Made by a program: the position numbers and the translations under genes. Positions 35,936 through 48,100 of a stretch of 64,000 nucleotides of DNA are shown in pieces; within the stretch, counting starts at the first letter, position 1; each line of letters starts with the position of its first letter. The notes beneath the pieces are model-generated. The model did no database searches and had not been told where the DNA came from. It saw only the letters and a program-made list of their open reading frames with translations. The stretch is from a virus: the IMG/VR virus record IMGVR_UViG_3300042691_040495, positions 32,682-96,681 of that record; one strand, written 5' to 3'.

Positions 35936-36667
35936 ATGGCTAAAAAGGACAAAGTTGAAAAAATGGAAGAAGCAAAAATGGATACAGTGGAACAAAAAAA
36001 GATTCCAAATATGACCGATTTAGAATGGACCGATTATGTATTAAGTCTATTATCTGATGATGAAAAAATTAATGGTAATCCTACAACAGACGGATTAAGA
36101 AGAGTATTTGAAATAGCATTAAATTGTAAAGTTGTAGTATCAAGTTCCAATGTTGTTCAAACCCCTGATCCAAATAACGAAAAACGAGCAACCGTGGTTC
36201 ATACTCTGTGCTACCATTTAAATGGCGGGACTCCAGAGACTAGTCATTTAAATATGATAACTGTGGATGGCGCCGCGGACGTTTATTGGGGTAATTGCGA
36301 CAAGGTTTATAGGAACCATCCCGTCGCTGTGGCAGAAACACGAGCAGAGGGCAGAGCATTAAGAAGAGCTTTGAAACTGAGAAAAGTTGTGGCCGCCGAA
36401 GAATTGGCCAAAGATATTGAGGATAATCCAGATAATAGTAGCGTATCTAAAATTAGTAATAATCAGATTAATTTTATTGACGTTATGTCTCAAAGACTTA
36501 ATATAAATGTGGTTAAGTTATTCAAAAATAATCAATTACCCACAGATAATATCTACTCTATGTCTCATGACGATGCTGTTAATGTTATTAGATTATTGTC
36601 AAAATACCAACAGAATATATCAGAGATATCAGAAGATATTATGGGCTACTCTAGCGATTGGAAATAA
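35936..36667 (+). CDS. Rad52/Sak-like single-strand annealing protein (putative)
   Basis: RATVVHTL, GAADV, AVAETRAEGRALRRAL helix; C-terminal ISNNQINFI module; GAGG SD. Confidence 0.55.
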   Translation: MAKKDKVEKMEEAKMDTVEQKKIPNMTDLEWTDYVLSLLSDDEKINGNPTTDGLRRVFEIALNCKVVVSSSNVVQTPDPNNEKRATVVHTLCYHLNGGTPETSHLNMITVDGAADVYWGNCDKVYRNHPVAVAETRAEGRALRRALKLRKVVAAEELAKDIEDNPDNSSVSKISNNQINFIDVMSQRLNINVVKLFKNNQLPTDNIYSMSHDDAVNVIRLLSKYQQNISEISEDIMGYSSDWK

Positions 36668-36669
36668 TT

Positions 36670-36996
36670 ATGAAAGTTTTATATAAAGCAAGTGATAAGC
36701 TAACTTTTGAACTAGAAGGTTCTGGTCAAAAAGAGATATTTAAAGAACTAGCACTAATCCAAGAGATTTTTGCAGAAGAAAAATGTGGACTATGTGGAAG
36801 TACCAATCTAAGATTCATAGTAAGAAATGTTGAAGGCAACGATTATTATGAATTAAGATGTGCTGATTGTGGTGCTATTCTGGCATTTGGTCAACACAAA
36901 AAAGGTGGAACATTATTCCCGAAGCGCAAAGATGACGAAGGAAATAATCTACCTAATAAGGGTTGGCATAAATGGACAGCAAAAGATAAGAACTAG
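36670..36996 (+). CDS. Zn-finger hypothetical protein
   Basis: CGLCGS...YYELRCADCGA, LFPKRKD, GWHKW. Confidence 0.7.
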   Translation: MKVLYKASDKLTFELEGSGQKEIFKELALIQEIFAEEKCGLCGSTNLRFIVRNVEGNDYYELRCADCGAILAFGQHKKGGTLFPKRKDDEGNNLPNKGWHKWTAKDKN

Positions 36997-37316
36997 ATTT
37001 CTTTTTTCCATTTGCCAATAGGACACTCTTGGTTTTTGAAAAATAGTTTATTCTTAAACTCTGCATTACGAACAACTCTGCATCCGCATTGTGAACAAGA
37101 ATTTTCTATGAAGTATTCACAAGCTTGACATACTTTGTATCTTGATTCTATTTGTTCAGATGAACAGAATAAATCGGACTCTATATCCGGTTTAATCTCC
37201 GGTATATATGAACATATAAATGGCGGAGGCCCGTCATAAGACACAATTATCATGCCGCACTTTGAGCACTCGTATTCGTCCACACCTATCTGGATAAATT
37301 CACAAAGATTATTCAT
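36993..37316 (-). CDS. Small Cys-rich protein (DUF6171-like C-terminus)
   Basis: RYKVCQACEYF..CSQCGC..K..CPIGKW. Confidence 0.7.
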   Translation of the reverse strand: MNNLCEFIQIGVDEYECSKCGMIIVSYDGPPPFICSYIPEIKPDIESDLFCSSEQIESRYKVCQACEYFIENSCSQCGCRVVRNAEFKNKLFFKNQECPIGKWKKEI

Positions 37317-40300
37317 ATTCGTATGGTATTAATTCCCATGGGAAATGACTTGGTGCAACGCTCGCCTTATTTTCTATCTTATCAACACTACCAAAAAATG
37401 CCCTAAAGGTCATCTCGTTCTGTAATTTAAAAAAGTCCGGTAATGTTGCTGGTGCGAGCCTATTAAACTCGGTACCATCTCTTTGTAATGCTGTCCAAAT
37501 ATACAAACTATTGTTAATATTACCATAGACTTCTGTTAAATCAACCTCAAATGGTATTAGATCCATAGTTTTAGCAGAGTCGGGTCTGAATTCTGCTTTT
37601 GATCCATATCTATATATCGTTGAAAGTAAATCAGCACCTCTTAGTAGTCTTGGAACTCTTTTTACCATAACTGATAAGTCATTAACTTGATCCAAATTAA
37701 CTATATTCTGTATCCTTGTTGGTTTACCTACTCTTTTATCGCTTGATACAACAAGACCTTTTCCTGGTGGACTTCCTATATTTGTTTGGCATCCGGGCAT
37801 TCCTGGCAGAGTTAGAGTATCTCCAGATTGATCATTTCCTTGATTTTCATTGGTGAGTGGTACCCAATAGGTTTCTGTGGATTCTACTGTAACTTCTTGT
37901 CCTGGCCCTAATAACATATCCATAGTTTGATCACCATTAATATTAAACCATCTTTTTTTCTCAAATTTAGTCCAACCAGTAATAGCGGGATATTCAGATA
38001 CATATCTTGCTTTTTCTTGATCTATTTTATTAGTACTAATACTATAAGTATATTCATCAACAGATGAGGTTAAATTTTCATCATTACCAAAAACATAACT
38101 TATTTGCTGTCCTGGTTTGGTAGTAAAAAATGGACAAATATTATTATCTACATAAGCTGTAGTTTGAAGAAGTAAAGGATTCGCTTCTTGACATTTATAA
38201 GTTGTAGATATTAATACTTTAGGATTACTTTCAAAATCTTGAAAACAAGACTGTTTAGGATCTAAATTAATCCAATAATGATCTTCGTTTACTTTTCTAT
38301 AATAGATGTAAACAGGACCATATGACGTTCCGTCAATACCAGAGATTACTGGTTCTACTTTTGGTAAAATATTAGGAGATATTCTTCTCGGATCAGCTAT
38401 TGGTAAAGTAGATTTTAGTTTATATCCAGTAGGAGCAATTTTGATTGCTTGTTCTTCTAGTAATTGAATTATAGAATTGCGCTCATCATAAAGTTCTTTT
38501 ATTTTCTTATATGTTTTCTTTTTATTGCAGGCTCCTTGATTTGCTGGTGATTGAGTATAACAATCAATAGGATCTTCTTCTAGCTTATTATAGTGTTTTT
38601 GTATATACTCTAATTTAGAAGAATTTAATATTATTGATGTTCCACCAGCTGATCCTACTGATGATTCTAAATTAGTATCTATTCCCGTACTTTCTATTGT
38701 TGCTAATCTATTAACAATCCAAGAAAATTCTGTATCTGTTATAGATTTCATTGGCACATATTCGGTATAAACATTTTCTATTTCTAACTCTCCTTTTACC
38801 ACCTCTGCTGGAAGAATAGGATTTATACTTCCAAAGTTTTGGTGATCTGTTCTTATGATACAAAAATTATTTGGAATCTCATTATTACAAGAAGATTGTT
38901 CTATAGCATCTATAACTATTTCAGAATTTGCACTATCGTCTGTGTTTGATTCTATATAGAAAAAATCTTTATTGGTTCTTTCTTTTCTAAATCTAAGATT
39001 CAAACTATTAAACTCTTCTTTTGAATAGCTAAAACCATAACAATAAGTATTTGTATATTGGTTAAGATATGTTAAATTGGAATTAGTATCTTGAAAAATT
39101 TTAATATTATTGTGTTTTATTTTATCATTTTCTCTATTATTAAATACATCATATATACTTTGTAATGAATTAAAATGTAAATTATTTGATAACATATTTT
39201 TATTAACAAATAATGACATATCTCCATACGAACCAACAGAATGTGTGGTTGGGGCTATGCTAACAGTATCATCAAAAACATTATGATTAGCCGAGTCTAA
39301 TCCCCATATATTATATCCTTTAGATTTTTTATCTTGTATTGTAGTTTCATTTTTAAATGCTAAAAATAATACAATATCATTAGTTGGACATAATTTTTGA
39401 AATGATGACATATTATGATCCATTACAAATAATGAATAGTATCTATTATCTTTAAAGATTAATCCCTTTTTAACAATTTTAGATACTGATGTTATTGGAC
39501 TATCTGGATCATATAATCTATCATCTTTTTGGAAAATATCGTATGGTACTTTGCTAGGAATCAATATTGTAAATTTTTGACCAAAATCCCCATCATCTAT
39601 AATATTATCTTTTCCTAGCAATACATTATGTTGTAAAAAATGATTACTAGTTTGACATAATCGAGTTGCATCAGTCTCTAATGATGGCCATACTCCGCCA
39701 CTACCATTAACATCAGCAGAAATAGCGACATACGTATCATTTATAGTATCACATCGAACAATACCACTACCGGTTTTAGGATCAATTTTATCATTTGGAT
39801 TAATATTATTTAATTTTATTCTAACTATATCCCCTTCATGTATCATTACCCCTCTATATACCATTGGTAATATCATACCAGAAGGAAATTCTGGATCACC
39901 CGATTTTGATTCACAATCTTGTACTATTGTTTTAATGAATTTAGGATCAACCAAATCTTCATAAGAATTAACAATACTGAAAGAAAAATCTAGATTATCT
40001 TTAGACAATCTAAGAAATTTATATCTATCAGGTTTTAATATCGGAGTATTTTCATATTTAAATATGGAAGCTTCTGCACTATACCACAATGAATTTGGTT
40101 TTTTAAAATTGATTAACATTTTTTCAGGAGAACCAAAAGGATATTTGGCAAAACTCGGAGAGTATATTTGTCTACCCTGATTAGTTAATTCTTCTGAAAA
40201 TGCTGATTCTTTAAAATAGTCAAAAATAGCTCTATAAGCAGGATTATTTACCGCCATATCTAATCCCGCTAATGCTCCAACTAAAGTTCCTCCGGTTAAA

Positions 40301-43300
40301 GCTCCAAAGGCTGCCAATCCAGCGATTATCTGCACTAATGCATAAGTAGGGAATACTGGGGGTTGAATCATAACACCTTGTCCAGTAGGATCATCCTGTG
40401 ATGTTAAACATAAAGCAGAATCTGCTATGGAACAATATGGAGCATTATAGTTGGCTATTGGTAGTAAATGTTTTAGGTGCGTTAAATCGGCAATATAACT
40501 GTATCCAGGATAGGATGGATCTTTTTTATAATCTATTAACGATAATGCATCATTATTACCATAAGAGGCTAAACTTGGATTGGTGTTAGGAATAGGATCT
40601 CTAGTTGGGCCAACATGAAGAATTAACTCCCAATTGCATAGTGAATTATATAACAAATGCGATTTGCTTTTATTCTCTGTGGACTCAAGACCAGAAATAT
40701 ATTTGCTATTAATTGTTGAGTCTAACACATTCATGTCATCTTCTTCATCAAGAACCATAATATTTAATGTGAATGTTGTTTTTCCATCTAAATCTCCTTC
40801 TTTCTGTTTTGGTGCTCTTTCTGGACATGGCCCATCGGTTGGTCCTTTGTTTCTAAATAATGAGTTTGCAACAAACTTGCTAAAAGTAGCATTACCAACA
40901 TTTAATTTATTATGTCTTATAACTGAAGAATATTCACAATGTTGTCTATCAGAATATCCGGTAGATGCTATAGTAGGCAATAGCTCATCATTTGATCTGA
41001 TAATATTTTGTTCTCTATAAATTTGTGCGGTCATGTGATATTCGTGGCTTAATGGATGATCATACCCCGGTCCTAGCATATTCATATCAGATGCCGTATT
41101 AAACTTAGATGCATGATCTGAAAATTTAACACTAAAATTATAGTTATTATTTTGTAATGATTCCTGATTTAACAAAAATAACTTAAACTTACCGCCAGCT
41201 TGCTGTGAGTCTCCTGTTGGTGGACTATTCATACCAACTAAATCAGTTATATAATTTTCAATTTGACTATTATACAACGCCCCACTCAATGAAGCATGTC
41301 CTGGAGAATAATTGCCAAAAAATATCCTTGGATCAAGAGTTTGATCTAGGAATTCTTTATTATTTCTTAATGGAGACGACGGAACTGTAGAAGTAGAAGA
41401 GAAACGTGCTGCTTGCTCAGAACTAACTAAATCAACATCTAACCACACAACAATATTTTTCGTATTAACATAATTCAAAAAATTTAATTTTACTTCAATA
41501 TCTTTAATTCCGAATCCATTCACTCTCGGTATTCTGAAGTGTTTTCTTCCATCTCTTGATGCTATTTTTTCGGGAAGCGAATGAGGCCCGGTAACTGCAA
41601 AAGAATAAGAAAAATTTGTTTGTGTTTGATCAGTTAAAAATTCATCACTAACTATAGGATGATTATTGGTGGCTGGATACTCTATCGGTTTTGGTTTTCC
41701 TCCAGCTAGTATTCTATAGCCATGGTTAGAATTAGATCTATTTATTTGTATATCTACTAAATCTTTATGTTTCTGATTTTCATTATATAGTGTTGTGCTT
41801 CCACCTTCGGTAGCTGGGCCGCAATCACATTCTGGATCCCATTGTATATCTCTGGCTATTCCAAGAGTTATAGAGCTAGAAAAAACTTTAGGTTCTATAA
41901 CATTAGCCAGAGAATTCACTGATCCTGGTCGTAGTCTTGTTATTTGTGGACCAATAAAACTAAAAGAGTCCCTAGCTCCGGGGTTAAATTTTAAAACTCC
42001 ACACCTGTTAGCGTGAATAGCATAATCTGTTCCTCCAGAGCATGAAATCCAACCACTATTCGGATGCAAAACCCCCTTCTTGAACGGTATAACAAGTCCT
42101 GTTCCAGTAACAGTGACAGCTTTTTGATAGCAAACTTTCCAAGTTGATGGATCTACATTAGCTCTATAGTCTAATTTAAAACCAGTTATAGGAGGCAAAA
42201 TTGCTGAAGCACCAGAACCAGCTACAATACCATTATCTTGTGTTGACACATTAGGTTTGGTTAATCCATTAATATTTACTCCAATTGAATCGATAAAAGA
42301 TTTGCTGTATCCTCCATAATTTTTAATTTTTGGAGCTTTTGTTGTACTAATAGTTGGGAAATCAAAACCGCCATAATCAAGATTGCATTTTGCCATATTA
42401 CGAGCCGTATCCCATTCGTAATATCTTAAACTAAATCCTTCTGGATATTTATTGGCACGTATAGTCTTATTAAAATTGTAATTACTAGTATTTATAACAT
42501 TTCCCTGGCTATCTGTACTAGATATTTTTACATTAACTTTTCTACTTTTAAGCTTTGGAATGTACATACTAAAACATTGTGAGCATTCATCATTATTATT
42601 AGTTCTTATTTTTTCTAACCAAATTGAATGTAGTTTAATAGTGGTATTATTTGGTAAAAACTCTAACCTTAATGATCCCTGAGAATTATATTGATAATCA
42701 TTGGCAAAACTAAATATATAATCACTAGATAACGAGTATACCTCATCCTGTGCTAGATTACCAAAAGACCCGATATATTCTCTGACAGAAAAATCCGTCT
42801 TAACAGGATAAACCACCCCATGATAATTGCTAATGGCCAACTTATTAATTTTTGATGTATTAGATGTTACTTTATCTTTATCCAAGATTAGTGGTTCCAT
42901 TTCATCTAATAATAATCTATTATCTTTAGGCGGTGGATCTACCCATACTTTATATTCTTGATCCCAATATCTCAGATAAGAAACTACATTAGCCATCATT
43001 CCGCCATTTCCATCAGGAACCAATTGTCTACCATCAACAACATAAACTGTTTTTTGTTTTTTGAAAGTTCCGAATGGAGTCGCTACCATACATTGAAAAA
43101 TATATCTACCAGTATAGTTTGTATAGAATACAACTGAATTAGATGTGCCCGATAATAATTCATTTTTACCAAAAGTACCTTGAGGTCCAGATATTTGTTC
43201 CCAGAAAAAAGAGATTTGACCACTAAGGTATGACTCAAGAAGCAGCACAGAAAATTCATTATAAGAGCGCTCCACTCCTGCAAAAGTTATAGCATTTAGA

Positions 43301-45153
43301 GATATACCTTTTTCTAATAGAAAAGAACAATGTGATTTTTGTGGATCGGTAGAAAGTGAAGTCTCTACAAAATCATCTATTGGCGTACTATAAACGAAAT
43401 CATAAAAAGTCTTGTTATTTGACCTAATAGTATCATTAGCATTGTCATTATAATAACCTCCACTAGTTCTATATTGTCCTGGAATTTCTCCCTTATAAAC
43501 TAAACTCGGACACAGAAATGAAGACTCACCAGTACTAGAGTCATAATACAATGGCTTACCAGCATCATACAGAGGTATACTATTTTTTTTCTGATTATTA
43601 ACTAATATATTAATATTACTATTAAATTCATCTAATTTTGTTTCAAATTTTGTATTACTAAATGTTATGTTTTGATTATTATAAACTTTTTTATTGTTGA
43701 AAGTTTTATTACAGTATGAGTCCATTACTTGACTAATTACTATTCCAGTATTATCAAATTTTAAAATATCTTGTTTTGCAGAAACTGCTGCATTGGAGGT
43801 TATCAATAAATGAGCCCCATATTTTACAATTAATTTATTAAATAATTCTGATGCACTATGGATAATGTTATTATTGATAGTATGTGTATTAAATTTTGTA
43901 TCTAAATATAAAGATTTATTACTATTATCTGTTGTTGTATTTTGCAATAATCTACTAACATTCAATAATAGGAGTCTAAAATTTTTAATTTCTGTTGCTA
44001 TGGAAGAAGAATTTCCATTTGCGGTATCTCTTGTACTCTCTGATGATACATAATTTTTAATTAAGTTTCTTATTTCAGGATAATCTAGAGCCTCGATAGA
44101 GAAATTTCCAATAAATGGACTTGTACTTAAAGCATGCGCTATTCTTTTATAGTTTCTGGCTTTTCTTAGATTTTTACGGAAAAAAGATCTTTTTTCATCT
44201 AGTGTTAGTATTCGATATATAGCAGCGTATTTACTGTATAAACCTGATGAAATATATGATCTTGATGATATACCATTATTTAAAGCCTGTTCCTTATCTT
44301 GTTCACTATTATGATAAAAAAAGCAGTCACCATCTGGTATCCATAAAGTGACATCTGTATTTAAACTGCTACTAAAAATATTATTATTTTGTATAAGATA
44401 TCTTTCAGATTGATTATTGGAGGTATATTCAACAGAGTATCTGTCTGCTAATTGAAATACTGGATTAGATCCTAGATCAGAGACTTTGATATTGGTTGTG
44501 CCTTGCTCTGTGTTAAATACCCATGCTCCATTTGTTAGTGTTTTATTTTGAGCATCTACTCTATATAGAGTACTATCATCTACTTTTATATAGATGGCGC
44601 CATCCAAGGCATTCTTTTTTACTAGTCTTGTTCCTTTTGGAAAATAATCTATAGACATAGCAGCACCAGACGATCCATTACCCAATGTATTAGGATTTAA
44701 TTCATCGTTTTTCCTAAACCATCCGAGTATACCGTAATATACCGCATACGGAGTATTATCTCCGTTCAAAAACCAATCTATAGACATTACAGAGTTTGTT
44801 GCTGTCCAACTCTTAAATTGAGGAGTAAAAGATATAATATTTTCTATTCCCAATTTTCCACTAGTTAAATTAGTATTGCTATTATAACAACTACCATGAT
44901 TTGATAATAATTTATTATTTACATAAGTATCATTATCAATAAATAATGGTTGCCATATATCTTTATATGTTCCAGAAATCTGGACATCAACCATACTACT
45001 AAGGCTACTGGTATTATATGTAATGTTATATGATGAACCATTATCATATATTATACTGCCAGCATTTAATCTATAATTTACTAAATCATCTAATAAAGAG
45101 TGTTTAATAATATTACAATTACTAGTTTTGTCCACTATCCTTGAATTAAACAT
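37309..45153 (-). CDS. Giant virion/tail-tip protein (~2614 aa) with PKD-like and P-domain-like segments
   Basis: TAATG overlap start at 45153; FFWEQISGP..GRYIFQCMV (PKD-like); IKDIEVKLNF..WELILH (proprotein-convertase P-like). Confidence 0.65.
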   Translation of the reverse strand: MFNSRIVDKTSNCNIIKHSLLDDLVNYRLNAGSIIYDNGSSYNITYNTSSLSSMVDVQISGTYKDIWQPLFIDNDTYVNNKLLSNHGSCYNSNTNLTSGKLGIENIISFTPQFKSWTATNSVMSIDWFLNGDNTPYAVYYGILGWFRKNDELNPNTLGNGSSGAAMSIDYFPKGTRLVKKNALDGAIYIKVDDSTLYRVDAQNKTLTNGAWVFNTEQGTTNIKVSDLGSNPVFQLADRYSVEYTSNNQSERYLIQNNNIFSSSLNTDVTLWIPDGDCFFYHNSEQDKEQALNNGISSRSYISSGLYSKYAAIYRILTLDEKRSFFRKNLRKARNYKRIAHALSTSPFIGNFSIEALDYPEIRNLIKNYVSSESTRDTANGNSSSIATEIKNFRLLLLNVSRLLQNTTTDNSNKSLYLDTKFNTHTINNNIIHSASELFNKLIVKYGAHLLITSNAAVSAKQDILKFDNTGIVISQVMDSYCNKTFNNKKVYNNQNITFSNTKFETKLDEFNSNINILVNNQKKNSIPLYDAGKPLYYDSSTGESSFLCPSLVYKGEIPGQYRTSGGYYNDNANDTIRSNNKTFYDFVYSTPIDDFVETSLSTDPQKSHCSFLLEKGISLNAITFAGVERSYNEFSVLLLESYLSGQISFFWEQISGPQGTFGKNELLSGTSNSVVFYTNYTGRYIFQCMVATPFGTFKKQKTVYVVDGRQLVPDGNGGMMANVVSYLRYWDQEYKVWVDPPPKDNRLLLDEMEPLILDKDKVTSNTSKINKLAISNYHGVVYPVKTDFSVREYIGSFGNLAQDEVYSLSSDYIFSFANDYQYNSQGSLRLEFLPNNTTIKLHSIWLEKIRTNNNDECSQCFSMYIPKLKSRKVNVKISSTDSQGNVINTSNYNFNKTIRANKYPEGFSLRYYEWDTARNMAKCNLDYGGFDFPTISTTKAPKIKNYGGYSKSFIDSIGVNINGLTKPNVSTQDNGIVAGSGASAILPPITGFKLDYRANVDPSTWKVCYQKAVTVTGTGLVIPFKKGVLHPNSGWISCSGGTDYAIHANRCGVLKFNPGARDSFSFIGPQITRLRPGSVNSLANVIEPKVFSSSITLGIARDIQWDPECDCGPATEGGSTTLYNENQKHKDLVDIQINRSNSNHGYRILAGGKPKPIEYPATNNHPIVSDEFLTDQTQTNFSYSFAVTGPHSLPEKIASRDGRKHFRIPRVNGFGIKDIEVKLNFLNYVNTKNIVVWLDVDLVSSEQAARFSSTSTVPSSPLRNNKEFLDQTLDPRIFFGNYSPGHASLSGALYNSQIENYITDLVGMNSPPTGDSQQAGGKFKLFLLNQESLQNNNYNFSVKFSDHASKFNTASDMNMLGPGYDHPLSHEYHMTAQIYREQNIIRSNDELLPTIASTGYSDRQHCEYSSVIRHNKLNVGNATFSKFVANSLFRNKGPTDGPCPERAPKQKEGDLDGKTTFTLNIMVLDEEDDMNVLDSTINSKYISGLESTENKSKSHLLYNSLCNWELILHVGPTRDPIPNTNPSLASYGNNDALSLIDYKKDPSYPGYSYIADLTHLKHLLPIANYNAPYCSIADSALCLTSQDDPTGQGVMIQPPVFPTYALVQIIAGLAAFGALTGGTLVGALAGLDMAVNNPAYRAIFDYFKESAFSEELTNQGRQIYSPSFAKYPFGSPEKMLINFKKPNSLWYSAEASIFKYENTPILKPDRYKFLRLSKDNLDFSFSIVNSYEDLVDPKFIKTIVQDCESKSGDPEFPSGMILPMVYRGVMIHEGDIVRIKLNNINPNDKIDPKTGSGIVRCDTINDTYVAISADVNGSGGVWPSLETDATRLCQTSNHFLQHNVLLGKDNIIDDGDFGQKFTILIPSKVPYDIFQKDDRLYDPDSPITSVSKIVKKGLIFKDNRYYSLFVMDHNMSSFQKLCPTNDIVLFLAFKNETTIQDKKSKGYNIWGLDSANHNVFDDTVSIAPTTHSVGSYGDMSLFVNKNMLSNNLHFNSLQSIYDVFNNRENDKIKHNNIKIFQDTNSNLTYLNQYTNTYCYGFSYSKEEFNSLNLRFRKERTNKDFFYIESNTDDSANSEIVIDAIEQSSCNNEIPNNFCIIRTDHQNFGSINPILPAEVVKGELEIENVYTEYVPMKSITDTEFSWIVNRLATIESTGIDTNLESSVGSAGGTSIILNSSKLEYIQKHYNKLEEDPIDCYTQSPANQGACNKKKTYKKIKELYDERNSIIQLLEEQAIKIAPTGYKLKSTLPIADPRRISPNILPKVEPVISGIDGTSYGPVYIYYRKVNEDHYWINLDPKQSCFQDFESNPKVLISTTYKCQEANPLLLQTTAYVDNNICPFFTTKPGQQISYVFGNDENLTSSVDEYTYSISTNKIDQEKARYVSEYPAITGWTKFEKKRWFNINGDQTMDMLLGPGQEVTVESTETYWVPLTNENQGNDQSGDTLTLPGMPGCQTNIGSPPGKGLVVSSDKRVGKPTRIQNIVNLDQVNDLSVMVKRVPRLLRGADLLSTIYRYGSKAEFRPDSAKTMDLIPFEVDLTEVYGNINNSLYIWTALQRDGTEFNRLAPATLPDFFKLQNEMTFRAFFGSVDKIENKASVAPSHFPWELIPYEYE

Positions 45154-48100
45154 TATTTGATTGCCGTTAGTGTCCACTTTCCATTTATGAATGTAAATAT
45201 TGCTATAGCATTAGAAGGTGTTGTAAAACCCAAAGGATTATCAAAATTAACAGTCATGGTCGGAACCATTCCGGCTCTCCTTCCGGGAACATAATGCATA
45301 TCAATAATAGCTTGAGTAGCACTACTAATTTTCCCCTTAACAACTAATGATGGTTTGCTTACTGGTTCGTAAAATCCTGTTTTGCCATTGTATCTACAAA
45401 ATAGTTTTGTTCCTCTTGGTGCAGAATATCCTGTTTTATCTCTAATATATATTAGTCTTCTATATCCTTGTCGTAAAGGTTCATTGCTAAATTCAAAATC
45501 ATCTATATATGCTCTGGTAACATATGTTTCATCAAAATCAGGTTGTTTAATTAAATCCTCTTCTAGAGTAGCATATATCATTCTGTAAATATATTTTCTA
45601 GTACTTTTTTTATCTAAAAATGTCTTTAATGTGGTAATATCATTACTATTACTAAGAATATAGGGTGGATCAATTTCTTCTGAACCTCCTGCTGTCCAAA
45701 CCATTCTGGATTTGTCCCAAAATAAATCAATAGGACCAACTTTCCATAGGTCAGGTCTTTCTGCCCAATTAAGATAAAAGTCATTTAATTTGACCTTATC
45801 TGACCATCTTCCTCCATTCCTTTTTTGAGTTTTACCTATTATACTACCTTTAAAACCAGCAGTATAATTATTCGCTGCTCCAGGATCAAAGCCACCATCT
45901 GAGTTATAGTCATCTTCAATTTTTGTTGTTGTTACATCTGTTTGATTTATTTGATCACTTGTTAGATTATTCCAAGATTCAGGCAAGTTTTGGTAATTAA
46001 AAGTTTTGGCAAAAATATTAGTATTTCCAGAAATAGTAAATAATTCTCCTATAGATAATGTACCATATTTTTTAGTAGCTCCTGCTGTTACCTTAAGTTT
46101 AAATCTTTTGGGTCTCCCATAAAGATCATATGCTAACGGCTCATCTGCCGCATTTGGTACAGGGTATCCTTCGTCGTCATATCCCCATGAATGTAATGTT
46201 AATGGTCCTCTTAATCCAAAAAATCTTTGATTGGTTTCATATAACATATTCAATCCATCGCCCGCCTGATCTCTTATATTATATAAAGCAGAATCATAGT
46301 TATAATAATCTAAATTAGCTGGAGGAACTCCATTAGGATGATTGGTGTGTGCTCTTAAATTTCTACTAGTTTCTAAACTATAACTTATTTGATTCTGAGG
46401 CACCGAACCTCTTGCAACAATTTCTATACAGTGTCTTAGTCTATCTCTAAATGTTCTTTGTGTTACTCCATCTGGCAATACTGACATAGAAGATATATCA
46501 TCATGTAAACCCTCCGGATGCGCCCCGGCATAATTTTGACTATTAGAATTTTTAAATTCTCCATAGGGAACCACTATAGGATTTAGAGTTATAAGATTAA
46601 TTGGAATATCACTATCTGGTATTATTTTAGCATTTAATCTTTCTGATGGATTTCCGCATTTATCACAAACTATTGATGTTGTAGTTTCTTGTCTATTTCC
46701 ATTATTATTGTATCTTACAACTTTTAAACTTCTAACCTTAGAACCTCTACAAAATGGACAATTATTAGTATTGTGCAAAGAGAATGAAAAAGTAGAATTT
46801 TTAAATGTTGGATAAAAAGATATTGGTGATAATAATCCATCAAGACTCATGGCGGATTGCATTCCATAATTTTTATCTAATTGATTTTGTAATTCTTTTC
46901 TCTGAAATAATTGTACGGTGGACGTTACTCTTGCAATATTTTTTAAACTTGTTGATGAACTATCAGTTGTCAAATTACTAGACGGTTGACCAACATCAGA
47001 GCTAGGTACTAGTTGCCATTTTGTAGCGGCAGATGAACGTGTATTAAAATCGCCAGGACTACTCGATAAAGAGAAATCTTCTTTTATTGCTGGCGTCCTT
47101 GATGGCTCATTGATTAAAGGAGATGCTTGTCCAACAAGAACGGTACTAGGACTCCAGCTAAATAATTTGGATGATAAATCTGAGCTTCCAAATTGAGCTT
47201 TATTTAATCTTTCTTGTAATAACAATTCCCTTTCATTATGGCGTAAATTACTAATTTCTTGACTAATTTGAGCAATCTGTTTTCCTCGTTTAAGATTAAT
47301 AGCATTGGCTCTTTTAATTCTGTCTGTTTCTTCTTTATTGAATAATCCTAATTTTCTAGTATATGTTCTAAAAGCATATGTAGTAGATATGCCTTGTTGA
47401 CCAACACTAGTTTGTAAAGCTGTTATAATTGGTCCATCAAAAAAATAACTAGGATTTTTTAAATCTAAAATTGTGTAAATAATTGTTTGTTTATCAGTTC
47501 CATCTGATGAATTTACTATGCTAGCTCCTGGAATATATGACAAATCAACCACAGCAGTGGGTGGATTGTATTTGGCATCAGTATAAGCGTAACCACTAAC
47601 AACTATGTCATGTAGTAATCCTGTATTCGCTAATGCAAAATTACCACCTATATTAAATAATGGTAATCCTGGCATTTCTAATTGAGCTGTCTCTACAACA
47701 TTTTGATAATTTATTTTTGTTTGAGCTTCTTTGTATGCTACAATATCTAGCTGATGCATACCTCCATAATTCCAAGGAACTAAATCTTCATCAAAATCAA
47801 TAGCAATATTAGAAATAAGATTATTTAGTGCCTTATCAACTTCTATCTGTGTTGTTGAACGACTGCTATAGGAACAAGTAACAGGATATGTGCTTGACTG
47901 AGTTACTGTTTGTCCAGATGGATATATGCCTGTTCCTTCTAGGGCAGGATAATTTGTCCATGGTCCGTAAACAAATTGATTAGATTTTATAGGAATACCA
48001 GCAAAAAATGGGTGAGCAGCTTTTGGGGCCAATTCAACGTTATTTGCAGTATGATTGGATGATACTGTATATAGTCCTAGAAAATAAGGATTATCACTAT

